Positions 1-13,246 of a stretch of 64,000 bases of DNA are shown here, piece by piece. Position 1 is the first letter of the stretch; each line of letters starts with the position of its first letter. Origin of the DNA: Meiothermus sp. (GTDB lineage Bacteria > Deinococcota > Deinococci > Deinococcales > Thermaceae); assembly GCA_026004095.1 (NCBI GenBank), contig BPIL01000008.1, forward strand, positions 59,268-123,267, given 5' to 3'. Under the pieces are notes generated by a model that worked only from the letters and a program-made list of their open reading frames with translations, ran no database searches and had not been told where the DNA came from. Both the position numbers and the translations under genes were made by a program.

Positions 1-1212
1 GTCAATCAGGCGGTGGTCGTAGGAGAGCGAGAAGGGCATGATGTTCCTGGGCTCGAACACACCTTTTTCGGCGTTCCACACCGGCTCCATGCTGCTGCGC
101 GAGACGCCCATAATAGCCACCTCGGGCCAGTTGACAATGGGGGTAAAGCCCGTGCCGCCAATACCGCCCAGGTTGGAGATGGTGAAGGTAGCCCCTTGCA
201 TCTCCTCCGGGGTTAGCTTGCGCTCGCGGGCTTTGGCGGCAATCTCACCCAGCTCTTTGGCCAGGGCTATCACCCCCTTCTTGTCCACGTCGCGCACCAC
301 CGGCACCAGCAGGCCCGTGGGGGTGTCCACCGCCACCCCGATGTGGATGTAATCTTTGTAGATTATCTCGTTGGTGGCCGTATCAATCGAGGCGTTGAAC
401 TTGGGGAACTGCTTGAGGGCCGCCGCGGCTATTTTAAGCAGGATGGCGGTCATGGTGACCTTGGCCCCCCGTTGCTCGGCCCTGGGGGCCATCCGCTTGC
501 GCAGGGCCTCCATCTCGGTGATATCGGCCCGGTCGAAATGGGTGACCATGGGGATGGTGCTCCAGGCCTGGGCCATGCTGCGCACGGTGGCCCGGCGAAC
601 CCCCGACATGGCCTCGCGGCGCACCGGCCCAAACTTGCTGAAATCGGGCAGGGCAGGCGCGGGTGTGCTGGGGGGCTGTGGCGCCGAAACCGCCGGAGCC
701 TCCCCCGCCGCAAAACGCTTGAGGTCGTTTTCCGAGATGCGGTAGGCCGGGCCGCTGCCCACCACTTCCAAGAGGTTAATGCCCATCTCCCGCGCCAGCC
801 TGCGCACGCTGGGGGCCGCCGGAATCAGCCTGCGCTGGCCCGCCGGTGCCGCCGGAACCGGCGGCTTGGGGGCGGCTGCAGGAGCGGATGGGGTGGCTGC
901 GGGGGCAGGCGCTGGCGCGGCTTTTTCTTCTTTGCGTTCCGGCTCCTTTTTGGGTTCCTGCTTCTCTGCGCTGGAGGCAGCATCCCCCAGCACCGCAATA
1001 ACCTGTCCGCTTTTCACCTCGTCGCCGGGCTTAACCAGAACCTTGGAAACCGTACCCCCCTCAGAAGCAGGGGCTTCCATCACGGCTTTATCGGTTTCCA
1101 GCTCCAGCACCGGCTGGCCCGCCGCAATGGTATCACCTTCTTTGATCAGCACCCCCACCACCACAGCGGAGGTTACGTTATCGCCTAGATCGGGTAGTTT
1201 CAATTCAGCCAT
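1..1212 (-). CDS. aceF: Pyruvate dehydrogenase E2, dihydrolipoamide acetyltransferase (3' end runs off window)
   Basis: Manual translation from ATG at 1212: MAELKLPDLGDNV...LETDKAVME lipoyl motif, E3-binding segment PAAPSVRRLARE, C-terminal TISNLGGIGG...SYDHRLID; directly downstream of aceE. Confidence 0.93.
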   Translation of the reverse strand, partial: MAELKLPDLGDNVTSAVVVGVLIKEGDTIAAGQPVLELETDKAVMEAPASEGGTVSKVLVKPGDEVKSGQVIAVLGDAASSAEKQEPKKEPERKEEKAAPAPAPAATPSAPAAAPKPPVPAAPAGQRRLIPAAPSVRRLAREMGINLLEVVGSGPAYRISENDLKRFAAGEAPAVSAPQPPSTPAPALPDFSKFGPVRREAMSGVRRATVRSMAQAWSTIPMVTHFDRADITEMEALRKRMAPRAEQRGAKVTMTAILLKIAAAALKQFPKFNASIDTATNEIIYKDYIHIGVAVDTPTGLLVPVVRDVDKKGVIALAKELGEIAAKARERKLTPEEMQGATFTISNLGGIGGTGFTPIVNWPEVAIMGVSRSSMEPVWNAEKGVFEPRNIMPFSLSYDHRLID

Positions 1213-1239
1213 GTTTGCTCCCGTGTATCGCGCCAACTT

Positions 1240-3963
<2,724 letters not shown>

Positions 3964-4175
3964 GGGACACCCCTTCCGGTTCCGGCCAGATGGTTTTCAG
4001 CTTTTGGCGGCAGTTCTTTGTCATCAATCTTACATTACAGCAGATTCCAGGACAGCCAATCGTAAGGAGGTATGTTTTTTACGGCTCATAAAAAACTTTT
4101 ACCAAATGGCAAATAAATACTGCTGGCAAATCTGTGTCAGACAGCGTTTTTAATATTTCACAAAAAACCGGCCTA

Positions 4176-4850
4176 TCACGGCCCAAGCTTGCGTTTGAGG
4201 TACAGCAACAAATCCTCCAACGCCGTGCGCAAGGCCCGTTGCTCGCGTAGAATGGCCTCGATGCGATCCTCAGGGGTGGCCAGGGTAAGGGTTTTGAAGA
4301 TCATGTTGGTGTTGCCGCAGCGCGGGCAGGGCACCGCCGGAGGTGAGCTGGCCGGCGCATAAAAGATGCGGGTGTTGTCGCGCGTGCACAGCATGTACTT
4401 GGCCCCCGCGGCCTCCCCGCGCCGGATGGCCTCGGCCAGTTCCTTGGCCTCCTCGGAGGCATATCCCAAAAAGAAATCTCCACCCACCTCTTCGATGGAA
4501 GGCAGCACCTCGCGGGTGGCTGTCAGGTCGGCCTTAAGACCGCGGGCCGCTGTCCAGGAAACACCATTCCACTTAAAGTGGCGCAGGTGGCGCTTGCGGG
4601 CCTTGTCCTCTATCTCGACAATCAGGTTGACCTCGGGGTCTTTGGGGTAGTAGTACAGCCGCACCGCCGCCACCCCGCTCAGGGCCGGCTCGGGCGGCAT
4701 GGTATACGAGAGCGGGCCATCGGTTTTGAGGCGGCTGTTGTAGCCAACCAGGTTTTGCAAATCGTAGAGGGTCAGGCCGGGGTGTTCAAAATCGCCCTCC
4801 AGAAAAGCCCGCACCTTGGCAAAGGCTTGCTCGAGGCCCACGTCTACCAT
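4176..4850 (-). CDS. Hypothetical protein with C-terminal zinc-ribbon-like motif and coiled coil
   Basis: Start re-set to MVDVGLEQ (4850) to avoid overlap with trmB; CTRD...CPRC motif; host-like codon usage. Confidence 0.75.
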   Translation of the reverse strand: MVDVGLEQAFAKVRAFLEGDFEHPGLTLYDLQNLVGYNSRLKTDGPLSYTMPPEPALSGVAAVRLYYYPKDPEVNLIVEIEDKARKRHLRHFKWNGVSWTAARGLKADLTATREVLPSIEEVGGDFFLGYASEEAKELAEAIRRGEAAGAKYMLCTRDNTRIFYAPASSPPAVPCPRCGNTNMIFKTLTLATPEDRIEAILREQRALRTALEDLLLYLKRKLGP

Positions 4851-4893
4851 AGCTGGCTCGAGTCTACCACCCCTGTGGGTATAATGGCCTCTT

Positions 4894-5814
4894 GTGTTGA
4901 TTCGTCTGGGCGAGACCGAGTTTCCCCTGCCCGCAGCACCGCAGGTGCTCGAGGTCGGTTTTGGCGACGGGCGTTTTACCGCCCAGGTAGCCCGCCTGTA
5001 CCCTGGGTGGCAAATCCTGGGGGTGGAGATTTCGGCGGGCTCGGTGGCCCGGGCCCTCAAGCGCTTCCGGCGTGAGGGCATCACCAACGTGCAGGTTTAT
5101 CACGGCGCTGCGAGCTTTGCCCTGCGCAACCTGGTTGCCCCCCAGAGCCTGCAGCGGGTCTATGTCAACTTTCCCGACCCCTGGCCCAAGTCCAAGCATC
5201 AGGACAACCGCCTCTTGCAGCGAAACTTCTTTCGGCGCCTTTCCACCCGCCTGGCCGCGGGGGGTGAGCTGCTCCTCACCACCGATCACGAGGAGTACTG
5301 GCGGTTCGCCCAGGCCGAGGGCCGGGCCAGCGGGCTTTTCGAGATCGAGACCCCCCCACCCCCCGAACACCACCTCACCACCAAGTACGCGCTCAAATGG
5401 AAAGCACAGGGCCGCCAGTTTTATCATGCGGTGTTTCGCAAGGTCGCCGAAGACCCCACCCCCTGGCCGCCCCTTCCGAGGTACCCTATGCCCCATGCCC
5501 TGATGTCCGGTACACTTCCCGAATTCAAAGGCTTCGAGAAAACCGTGGTTCGCTTTGAGGGGGGTACGGCGGTGCTGCTCGAGGCTGCCCGCGCCCTCGG
5601 CCCTGAGGGCGGCTATTACTTCCACGCCCACCTCGAGGAGGAGGATCTCATTCAGGATGTGCTTCTGGAGGTTCGCCCCAGCGCCCGCGGCCTGTATGTG
5701 GGCATCGGTCGCTTTGGTGCACCCCTGAGCACCGCAGGGGTCAAGGCTGCGGTGGAGTGGCTGGTGGGCTGGCTCGAGGGCCAAGGACTCCGGGTCGTGC
5801 AGCGCTCCTATTAG
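4894..5814 (+). CDS. trmB: tRNA (guanine-N7)-methyltransferase
   Basis: [11 protein letters not shown] motif, [21 protein letters not shown]. Confidence 0.93.
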   Translation: MLIRLGETEFPLPAAPQVLEVGFGDGRFTAQVARLYPGWQILGVEISAGSVARALKRFRREGITNVQVYHGAASFALRNLVAPQSLQRVYVNFPDPWPKSKHQDNRLLQRNFFRRLSTRLAAGGELLLTTDHEEYWRFAQAEGRASGLFEIETPPPPEHHLTTKYALKWKAQGRQFYHAVFRKVAEDPTPWPPLPRYPMPHALMSGTLPEFKGFEKTVVRFEGGTAVLLEAARALGPEGGYYFHAHLEEEDLIQDVLLEVRPSARGLYVGIGRFGAPLSTAGVKAAVEWLVGWLEGQGLRVVQRSY

Positions 5815-6215
5815 GTGGTCTGCCGCAAGGCCACATCTATCTTGCAGATATGCTGGGTCAGCCAGCCGGCCAGGGTGGTGTGCAGGGTCTCCAGCGCAGC
5901 GACCGTGATGTTCTGCGGCGTATGCGCACGGCTAAACTCTTCCCAGAATTTCAGAAACCTGTCGTGGGCTTCCTTGTTCTTTTGCGCAATCTTGCAACCG
6001 CGCAAAGTCATACACAGCTCTTCATAGGCAAAGTGTGTGTTCACATAAGCATCCAGAAAAATAAACAGATGCTCTACCTCTTGGAAATTGAGCTGCCCGG
6101 TTCTGCCCTGCTCAATCAGTTGTTCGATGCGGTTGACGTACTCAAAAAGGTTCTGGTGCTGGCGATCGGTGCGAGGGTCTCCCACTTCGTATTCTTGGCT
6201 CCACTGGATAGGCAT
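5811..6215 (-). CDS. Bacteriohemerythrin
   Basis: [32 protein letters not shown] hemerythrin iron-ligand pattern. Confidence 0.88.
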   Translation of the reverse strand: MPIQWSQEYEVGDPRTDRQHQNLFEYVNRIEQLIEQGRTGQLNFQEVEHLFIFLDAYVNTHFAYEELCMTLRGCKIAQKNKEAHDRFLKFWEEFSRAHTPQNITVAALETLHTTLAGWLTQHICKIDVALRQTT

Positions 6216-6264
6216 ACCCACCCCCGCGCCGCATTGTAGGCAGCCGGGGATGGAAAAATGTCCT

Positions 6265-7227
6265 TTACGGGGTAGACCCTGTGCCAAATTGGTTGAACAG
6301 AACAAAGCCCAGCAGACCAAACCACAGCAAGAGCAGAATCAAGCTACCCCAGCGCTGCCAAAAAGTGACCCTCCTCTCCGGCTCGACAATCTGGGTATTG
6401 AGCACCTCGGGGTCGCTACCGCTCTGCAGCCGCACAGGGCGCCCCTCGCTGGCTTCCAGGGGCAAAGCATAGGGCCTGGGATTCTCAGCCACCTGGCTGC
6501 CAATCGTCACCACCACCGCGCTGATGTTGTCGGGGCCTCCCCAGTCGTTGGCCAGCTTCACCAGCTTGACCACCGCCGGCTCTGGGGGATTGGTCAGGAT
6601 CATCTCGGCCAGCACCCTGTCTTCCAGCACCCCGCTGAGGCCGTCGGAGCAGAGTAAAAACACATCGCCGGGGCGCACCTTCAGACCCACCAGATCCACC
6701 CGCGCGCTGGAGAAGGAGCCCAGGGCATTGGTGATTACATTCCGCCAGCGGTGGTTGCGGGCTTCCTCCTCGCTAAGCAGGCCCTGCCGCACCCGATCGG
6801 CTACCCAGGAGTGATCCTGGGTCAGTTGCACCAGCTCACCGTCGCGCAGCAGGTAGGCCCTCGAGTCGCCCACGTGCGCAATCAGGGCATAGGGCAGGTC
6901 GAGCCAGAGGGTTGTGCAGGTGGTGCCCATCCCCCGCGACTCGGGCTTCTGTCCGGCCAGATAAATGGCCTCGTTGGCAGCCTCGTAAGCCTCGAGCAGG
7001 CCTTGGGGCGAGGGCTCCTTATGTCTGAGAATTTCCAATATCTGACTGACGGCCATCTGCGAGGCCACCTCGCCGGTGCGGTGGCCCCCCATACCGTCGG
7101 CCACAATAAAAATACCGCCGTAAGGCGTTACTAGTTGGGTAACCGCATCCTCGTTGAGGGCCCGCTTGCGACCCGGGTCGGTCAGGGCCGCTGTGAACAC
7201 CATGGGTAGGCTGTCGGAGCCCGGCAT
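6265..7227 (-). CDS. PP2C-family (Stp1/PrpC-like) Ser/Thr phosphatase with C-terminal TM helix
   Basis: NED, VADGMGGH, HVGDSR, CSDGL, GGPDN motifs. Confidence 0.93.
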   Translation of the reverse strand: MPGSDSLPMVFTAALTDPGRKRALNEDAVTQLVTPYGGIFIVADGMGGHRTGEVASQMAVSQILEILRHKEPSPQGLLEAYEAANEAIYLAGQKPESRGMGTTCTTLWLDLPYALIAHVGDSRAYLLRDGELVQLTQDHSWVADRVRQGLLSEEEARNHRWRNVITNALGSFSSARVDLVGLKVRPGDVFLLCSDGLSGVLEDRVLAEMILTNPPEPAVVKLVKLANDWGGPDNISAVVVTIGSQVAENPRPYALPLEASEGRPVRLQSGSDPEVLNTQIVEPERRVTFWQRWGSLILLLLWFGLLGFVLFNQFGTGSTP

Positions 7228-7361
7228 ATAAAGCGCATTATAGGCCAGACCCAGGCAGAAGGCGGCCAAAAAATCACACCGATTCCGCCCCTCTTACCGC
7301 CGGGGCACAGAATATCCACTTGAATCACCCTCCTCATCCCTTTTGTTTTACCCTGTCTAGC

Positions 7362-7595
7362 GTGAGACAGTTTCAGTTCAGGCTTCCACAGGGCCCCCTG
7401 GGGGTGTTGATACTACTGCTGGCGGGAACGGTGGGTTTGTTTCTGGTGCTGTGGCTCCTCACCACCTTGTGGGTGCTGGCGGTGGGCGCTGGCCTGGTGG
7501 GAGCGCTGGCCTATGGCTGGCGGCACCTGGAGGCCCGCTTTCGCCCCAGGCGCTGGCGCAGGCTGCCACAAAAAATCCGCCGCTGGGATGACTGA
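7362..7595 (+). CDS. Small two-TM membrane protein
   Basis: Hydrophobic hairpin followed by basic tail; fills the intergenic gap; start uncertain. Confidence 0.6.
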   Translation: MRQFQFRLPQGPLGVLILLLAGTVGLFLVLWLLTTLWVLAVGAGLVGALAYGWRHLEARFRPRRWRRLPQKIRRWDD

Positions 7596-7601
7596 TGCCA
7601 G

Positions 7602-8309
7602 CTACCAGGCCCCTTTGCTCAGACAGTCGCTGTACAGAGGGCAGTCCTGGCACTTGGGGTTGCGGGCCGTGCAGCGGTAGCGGCCAAAGAGAATCAGGGC
7701 GTGGTGCACAAACACCCACTTTTCTTTGGGGAAGAGGCGCTCGAGGTCGCCCCCGATCTTCTCGGGGTCTTTCTGGGCCGATAAACCCAGCCGGGCGGCC
7801 AGGCGGGTCAGGTGGGTATCCACCGCAATCCCCGGCACCCCAAAGGCCGCCCCCAGCACCACCGTGGCGGTCTTCCAGCCCACCCCCGGCAGCGCGCGCA
7901 GCTTGGCCTTGTCCACCGGCACCTCCCCCCCGTGCTGCTCTACCAGGCGGCGGGCCAGCAGCACGATATTCCTGGCCTTGGAGCGGTACAGGCCGATGGT
8001 TTTGATATAGGGCTCCACCTCTTCGGGTGTGGCCTGGGCCAGGGCAAAAGCATCGGGGTAACGCTGGAAGAGGGCCGGGGTGGCCTTGTTCACCGAGGCA
8101 TCGGTGGCCTGGGCCGAGAGCACCGTGGCAATCAGCAGCTCAAAGGGGTTGCGGTGCTGCAGCTCGGTGGCGGCCTGCGGGTAGAGCTGCTCCATGACCG
8201 CCAGAATTCGCTGGGCCCGTTGCTTTTTGGCTTTGAGCGATTCCCTCCTGCTCGAGCCCTGCGCTCTGGCCTTCGGCTTTGGGCGGGTAGCCTTCGACGT
8301 TTTCGGCAT
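7602..8309 (-). CDS. nth: Endonuclease III
   Basis: LSAQATD, HhH LPGVGWKTA, VDTH, C-x6-C-x2-C-x5-C 4Fe-4S motif. Confidence 0.96.
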   Translation of the reverse strand: MPKTSKATRPKPKARAQGSSRRESLKAKKQRAQRILAVMEQLYPQAATELQHRNPFELLIATVLSAQATDASVNKATPALFQRYPDAFALAQATPEEVEPYIKTIGLYRSKARNIVLLARRLVEQHGGEVPVDKAKLRALPGVGWKTATVVLGAAFGVPGIAVDTHLTRLAARLGLSAQKDPEKIGGDLERLFPKEKWVFVHHALILFGRYRCTARNPKCQDCPLYSDCLSKGAW

Positions 8310-8312
8310 CGC

Positions 8313-9755
<1,443 letters not shown>

Positions 9756-10003
9756 TCATAGCCGATGCCGCACAATCCGGTGCTGGCAATAAAAAATAAA
9801 GCTGTAACGAATTCAGCCTCGATGAAACGTCTAAGTAACTGTAGCAGGTTACCCACGCCCTGCCCTAATAGCGATAGGATTGCAGATGTCCTAATAAAGG
9901 TCTCAAGAAGGGGGTGATTGGGTCACTTACTGGCGATTTAGGCAAAGTTCGTGGGAATAGGCCAACAAAAGCTTTGTCTGTATAAATTCCAAAAGGAGTT
10001 CGT

Positions 10004-12585
10004 GTGCGAAAGCTACTTTTGTTAGTCGGAGTGGCGGCTCTGCTGGCAGCCTGCGGAGGCCCCAGAAGCAGTAAACCCAGCCTCGAGGTCATCGCGTCCC
10101 TACCCCCGGCCCCCGCCGGCCCAATGGTAGACGAAACCCCACCCGCTGGTTTGTGGAGCTCTCCGGGGGTGCTGTAAGCGACGGCATCAGCTTACAGAGC
10201 ATCCAGGCCCAGCACACCGCCTTCCGCCAGGCCGCCCAGGCCGCCGGGGTCAAGATTCATTTCGCCTACACCCGGCTTTTCAACGGCTTTTCCGTAGAAG
10301 TACCGGGCAATAACCGCAAACTGCTCTATACCCTGCCAGGCGTGGAAGGGGTCTACCCCATCGGCACCTACAAACTTCCCCCGCGTGAAGCAGCCAACCC
10401 CGATCTGGCCAGCGCCATCACCCAGACCGGGGCCGACATCGCGCAAAACGACCTGGGCCTGACCGGGCGGGGGGTCAAGGTGGGCATCATCGACTCGGGT
10501 ATCGACCTCGAGCACCCCGCTTTTGCGGGCCGAATCGTGGACGGCTACGACTTTGTGGGTGATGCCTACGACGCCTCCGACCCCGCGAAGTCCACCCCCG
10601 TGCCCGACCCCAACCCCGACGACTGCGACGGCCACGGCACCCATGTGGCCGGGATTGTAGGCGGTAAGGACAGCCAGATTACCGGTGTGGCCCCAGGGGT
10701 TCAATTCGGCGCCTACAAGGTGTTTGGTTGTGAGGGCTCCACCGGCGACGACGTGATCCTGGCCGCGCTCGAGCGGGCCGAGACCGCCGGCATGGACGTG
10801 GTCAATATGAGCCTGGGCTCCCCCTTCGGCTGGAGCGTGCTGGGCAAAGCCATCACCAAGATGGTCAAACGCGGCACCGTGGTGGTGGCCTCCGCCGGCA
10901 ACGACGGCAACCTGGGCCTCTTTGCTACCGGCGACCCTGCCGCCACCGAGGGCGTGCTGAGCGTAGCCTCTTTCGACAACATTGCGGTGAATGCCCAGAA
11001 AGCTGTGGTCAATGCCACCGGGGCCCCGCTGGGCTACCTGGTGCTGGGCGGGGCCGAAGCCCCCCCCACCAGCGGCACCAGCGCCGAGGTGGTCTGGGTG
11101 GGCCGGGGCTGCAACGCCGATGCCCTGCTGGCCGACCCCAACGGCAAGGTGGCCCTGATGGAACGCGGGGCCTGCACCTTCAACGAGAAGTACCAGAAAG
11201 CGGTGGCTGCCGGAGCGGTGGGCGTGATCATCCACAACAACGCCCCCGGCCTGTTTGCCGGCGGTGGGGTGGCCGGTGTGGCCGGCAAGTTTGGCATTAG
11301 CATTGCCCAGGAAGACGGTCTGGCTCTGCGCGCCCTGACCAGCCCCACCACCCTCACCTGGACGCCCGACACCACCCTGGTTAACAACCCCACCGGCAAC
11401 CTGATCTCCAGCTTTAGCTCCTGGGGCCTGAGCCAGGATCTGAAGCTCAAACCCGACCTGGGCGCTCCGGGTGGCCTGATCCGCTCGGCGGTACCCCTGG
11501 AGCAGGGCGGCTACGCCATCCTGAGCGGCACCTCGATGTCGGCCCCGCACGTGGCCGGCGCGGTGGCGCTGCTGCTGGAGGGCAACCCCGCCTTCTGGGG
11601 CCCGCAAAAACCCAGCGAGGTGCGCAAGTACCTGCAAAACACCGCCATGCCCAAGCTGTTCGCCCTGGCCCCGAGCTCCGGCCTGCCCGAGACCAGCTAC
11701 CGCGAGGGCGCAGGGATGATTGACATCGTGGCGGCGGTGCAGAACCGGGTGACCGTGACCCCCTCGGCCATCTCCTTTGCCGAGAAAGCCGGCACCCACA
11801 CCGAGCGGCTGGTGCTGAAGAACCGCAGCAACGTGCCGCTCATCTACCGGCCCGTCCACCTGCCCGGCCCCTCGGCCTTCGGCAGCATCTACAGCCCCAG
11901 CTTTGCCATTGCCCCAGCCACGGTGAGCTTTAGCCACACCCAGGTCACCGTACCGGCCCGGGGTGAGGCCGTGCTTACGGTCACCATCACCCCGCCCGCA
12001 GGCCTGCCCAACAAGGGCCTGTTTGGCGGTTATATCCTCCTGCAGCCGGTGGGCGCGGGCCTCATGATGAACGTGCCCTACGTAGGAATGCAGGGCGGCT
12101 ACCAGGCGGTGCAGATTCTGACCCCGGCCTCCGCAGGCTTCCCCTTGCTCGGCAAGCTTAACGCCGCCGGCACCGGTTACGACCTGCTCCCCAGCGGTGG
12201 CACCTTCACCCTACAGGGCAACGATGTACCGGTGGTGCTGGCCCACTTCGAGCACGGGGCCCAGGTCTACGAGATGGTGATTCTGAACGCGGCCACCAAC
12301 GCCCCCATTCATCCCAAGTACAGCCGGGCCGACTACGGCGAGTACATCCCGCGCAACTCCAGCGCCAACGGATTCTTTGCCATTCCCTGGGACGGCACCC
12401 GCATCACCAGGTACGCTAAAGAAGATGTCTACGGCAACAAGATACCGGTGCCCAGTGAGTTCCGGGCAGTGCCCGATGGGCAGTACAAGCTGCAACTGCG
12501 GGTGCTCAAGCCCACCGGCAGGATGAGCAACCCCGCCGACTGGGAGAGCTGGACCTCACCGGTCATCACCATTGACCGTCCATAA
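10004..12585 (+). pseudogene. S8 subtilisin-like lipoprotein protease (PA and Fn3-like domains), split by a 1-nt frameshift near 10137-10140
   Basis: RBS AAGGAG + GTG 10004 gives MRKLLLLVGVAALLAAC (lipobox), stopping at 10177; another frame continues TRWFVELSGG to 12585 with catalytic IIDSG, HGTHVAG, GTSMSAPH. May be an assembly error. Confidence 0.85.
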
Positions 12586-12602
12586 GGAACCTGGCAACCC
12601 CC

Positions 12603-12627
12603 AAGACCCGCTTCGGCGGGTCTTTTT
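12603..12627 (+). terminator. Rho-independent terminator
   Basis: AAGACCCGC-TTCG-GCGGGTCTT followed by a T run. Confidence 0.85.
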
Positions 12628-12644
12628 GCGTATGCTAGGAACAC

Positions 12645-13175
12645 ATGGAACTGCGCGGCCCCCGGCTTCTGCTCCGCCCCCCGCGGCTCGAGGACACCGA
12701 GGCGCTGTTCGCGCTGATGTCCGACCCCGAGTTGGCCCCCTTTGTCTACTGGAACCCCCACCAGAGCCCCGACGAAACCTACCAGTACCTGGGGCATCTG
12801 CAGACCAAGGAGGGTTTTTTCATCATCGAGGCCGGGGGAAGGCCGGCAGGGGTGATCGGGCTGCACCTGGACTGGCCCAACAAACTGGGCGAGACCGAGA
12901 CCTGGCTGGGGCGGCCCTACTGGGGCCGTGGCATCAACACCGAGGCCAAGGTGGTGCTCTTCGATTTTGCCTTTGGGCCCTGGGATCTGCGCCGCATCCA
13001 GGCCATTGCCCACGTGCATAACCCCCGCTCGCAGCGGGCGCTGGAAAAACTGGGCTTCCAGCGCGAGGGGCTTCTGCGCCGCTGGCGCTGGATCCGGGGG
13101 GAGCCCTGGGATTTTTACATGTACAGCCTGCTGCCCGAGGAGTGGATGTCGAGCCGGCCCCCCATCTTTTACTGA
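12645..13175 (+). CDS. GNAT N-acetyltransferase, RimJ/RimL-like
   Basis: WGRGINTEA, N.RSQRALEKLGFQREG. Confidence 0.9.
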   Translation: MELRGPRLLLRPPRLEDTEALFALMSDPELAPFVYWNPHQSPDETYQYLGHLQTKEGFFIIEAGGRPAGVIGLHLDWPNKLGETETWLGRPYWGRGINTEAKVVLFDFAFGPWDLRRIQAIAHVHNPRSQRALEKLGFQREGLLRRWRWIRGEPWDFYMYSLLPEEWMSSRPPIFY

Positions 13176-13194
13176 GGGCTCTACCACTACACCC

Positions 13195-13222
13195 TTGCAA
13201 GGGGCCCATCCGGCGCTACAAT
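13195..13222 (+). promoter_or_regulatory. Putative sigma-A promoter of the BTAD regulator
   Basis: TTGCAA-16 bp-TACAAT upstream of ATG 13247. Confidence 0.45.
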
Positions 13223-13246
13223 TGTGCCAAACCCGCCGGAGCCTGT

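Noticed and set aside
3964-4175. AT-rich stretch with weak inverted T/A runs upstream of aceE
   Set aside because: Consistent with an ordinary promoter region; no specific operator or RNA motif could be supported
13142-13246. ORF-track N-terminal extension of the BTAD regulator
   Set aside because: Overlaps the GNAT gene and the putative promoter; ATG 13247 fits the start of the wHTH domain
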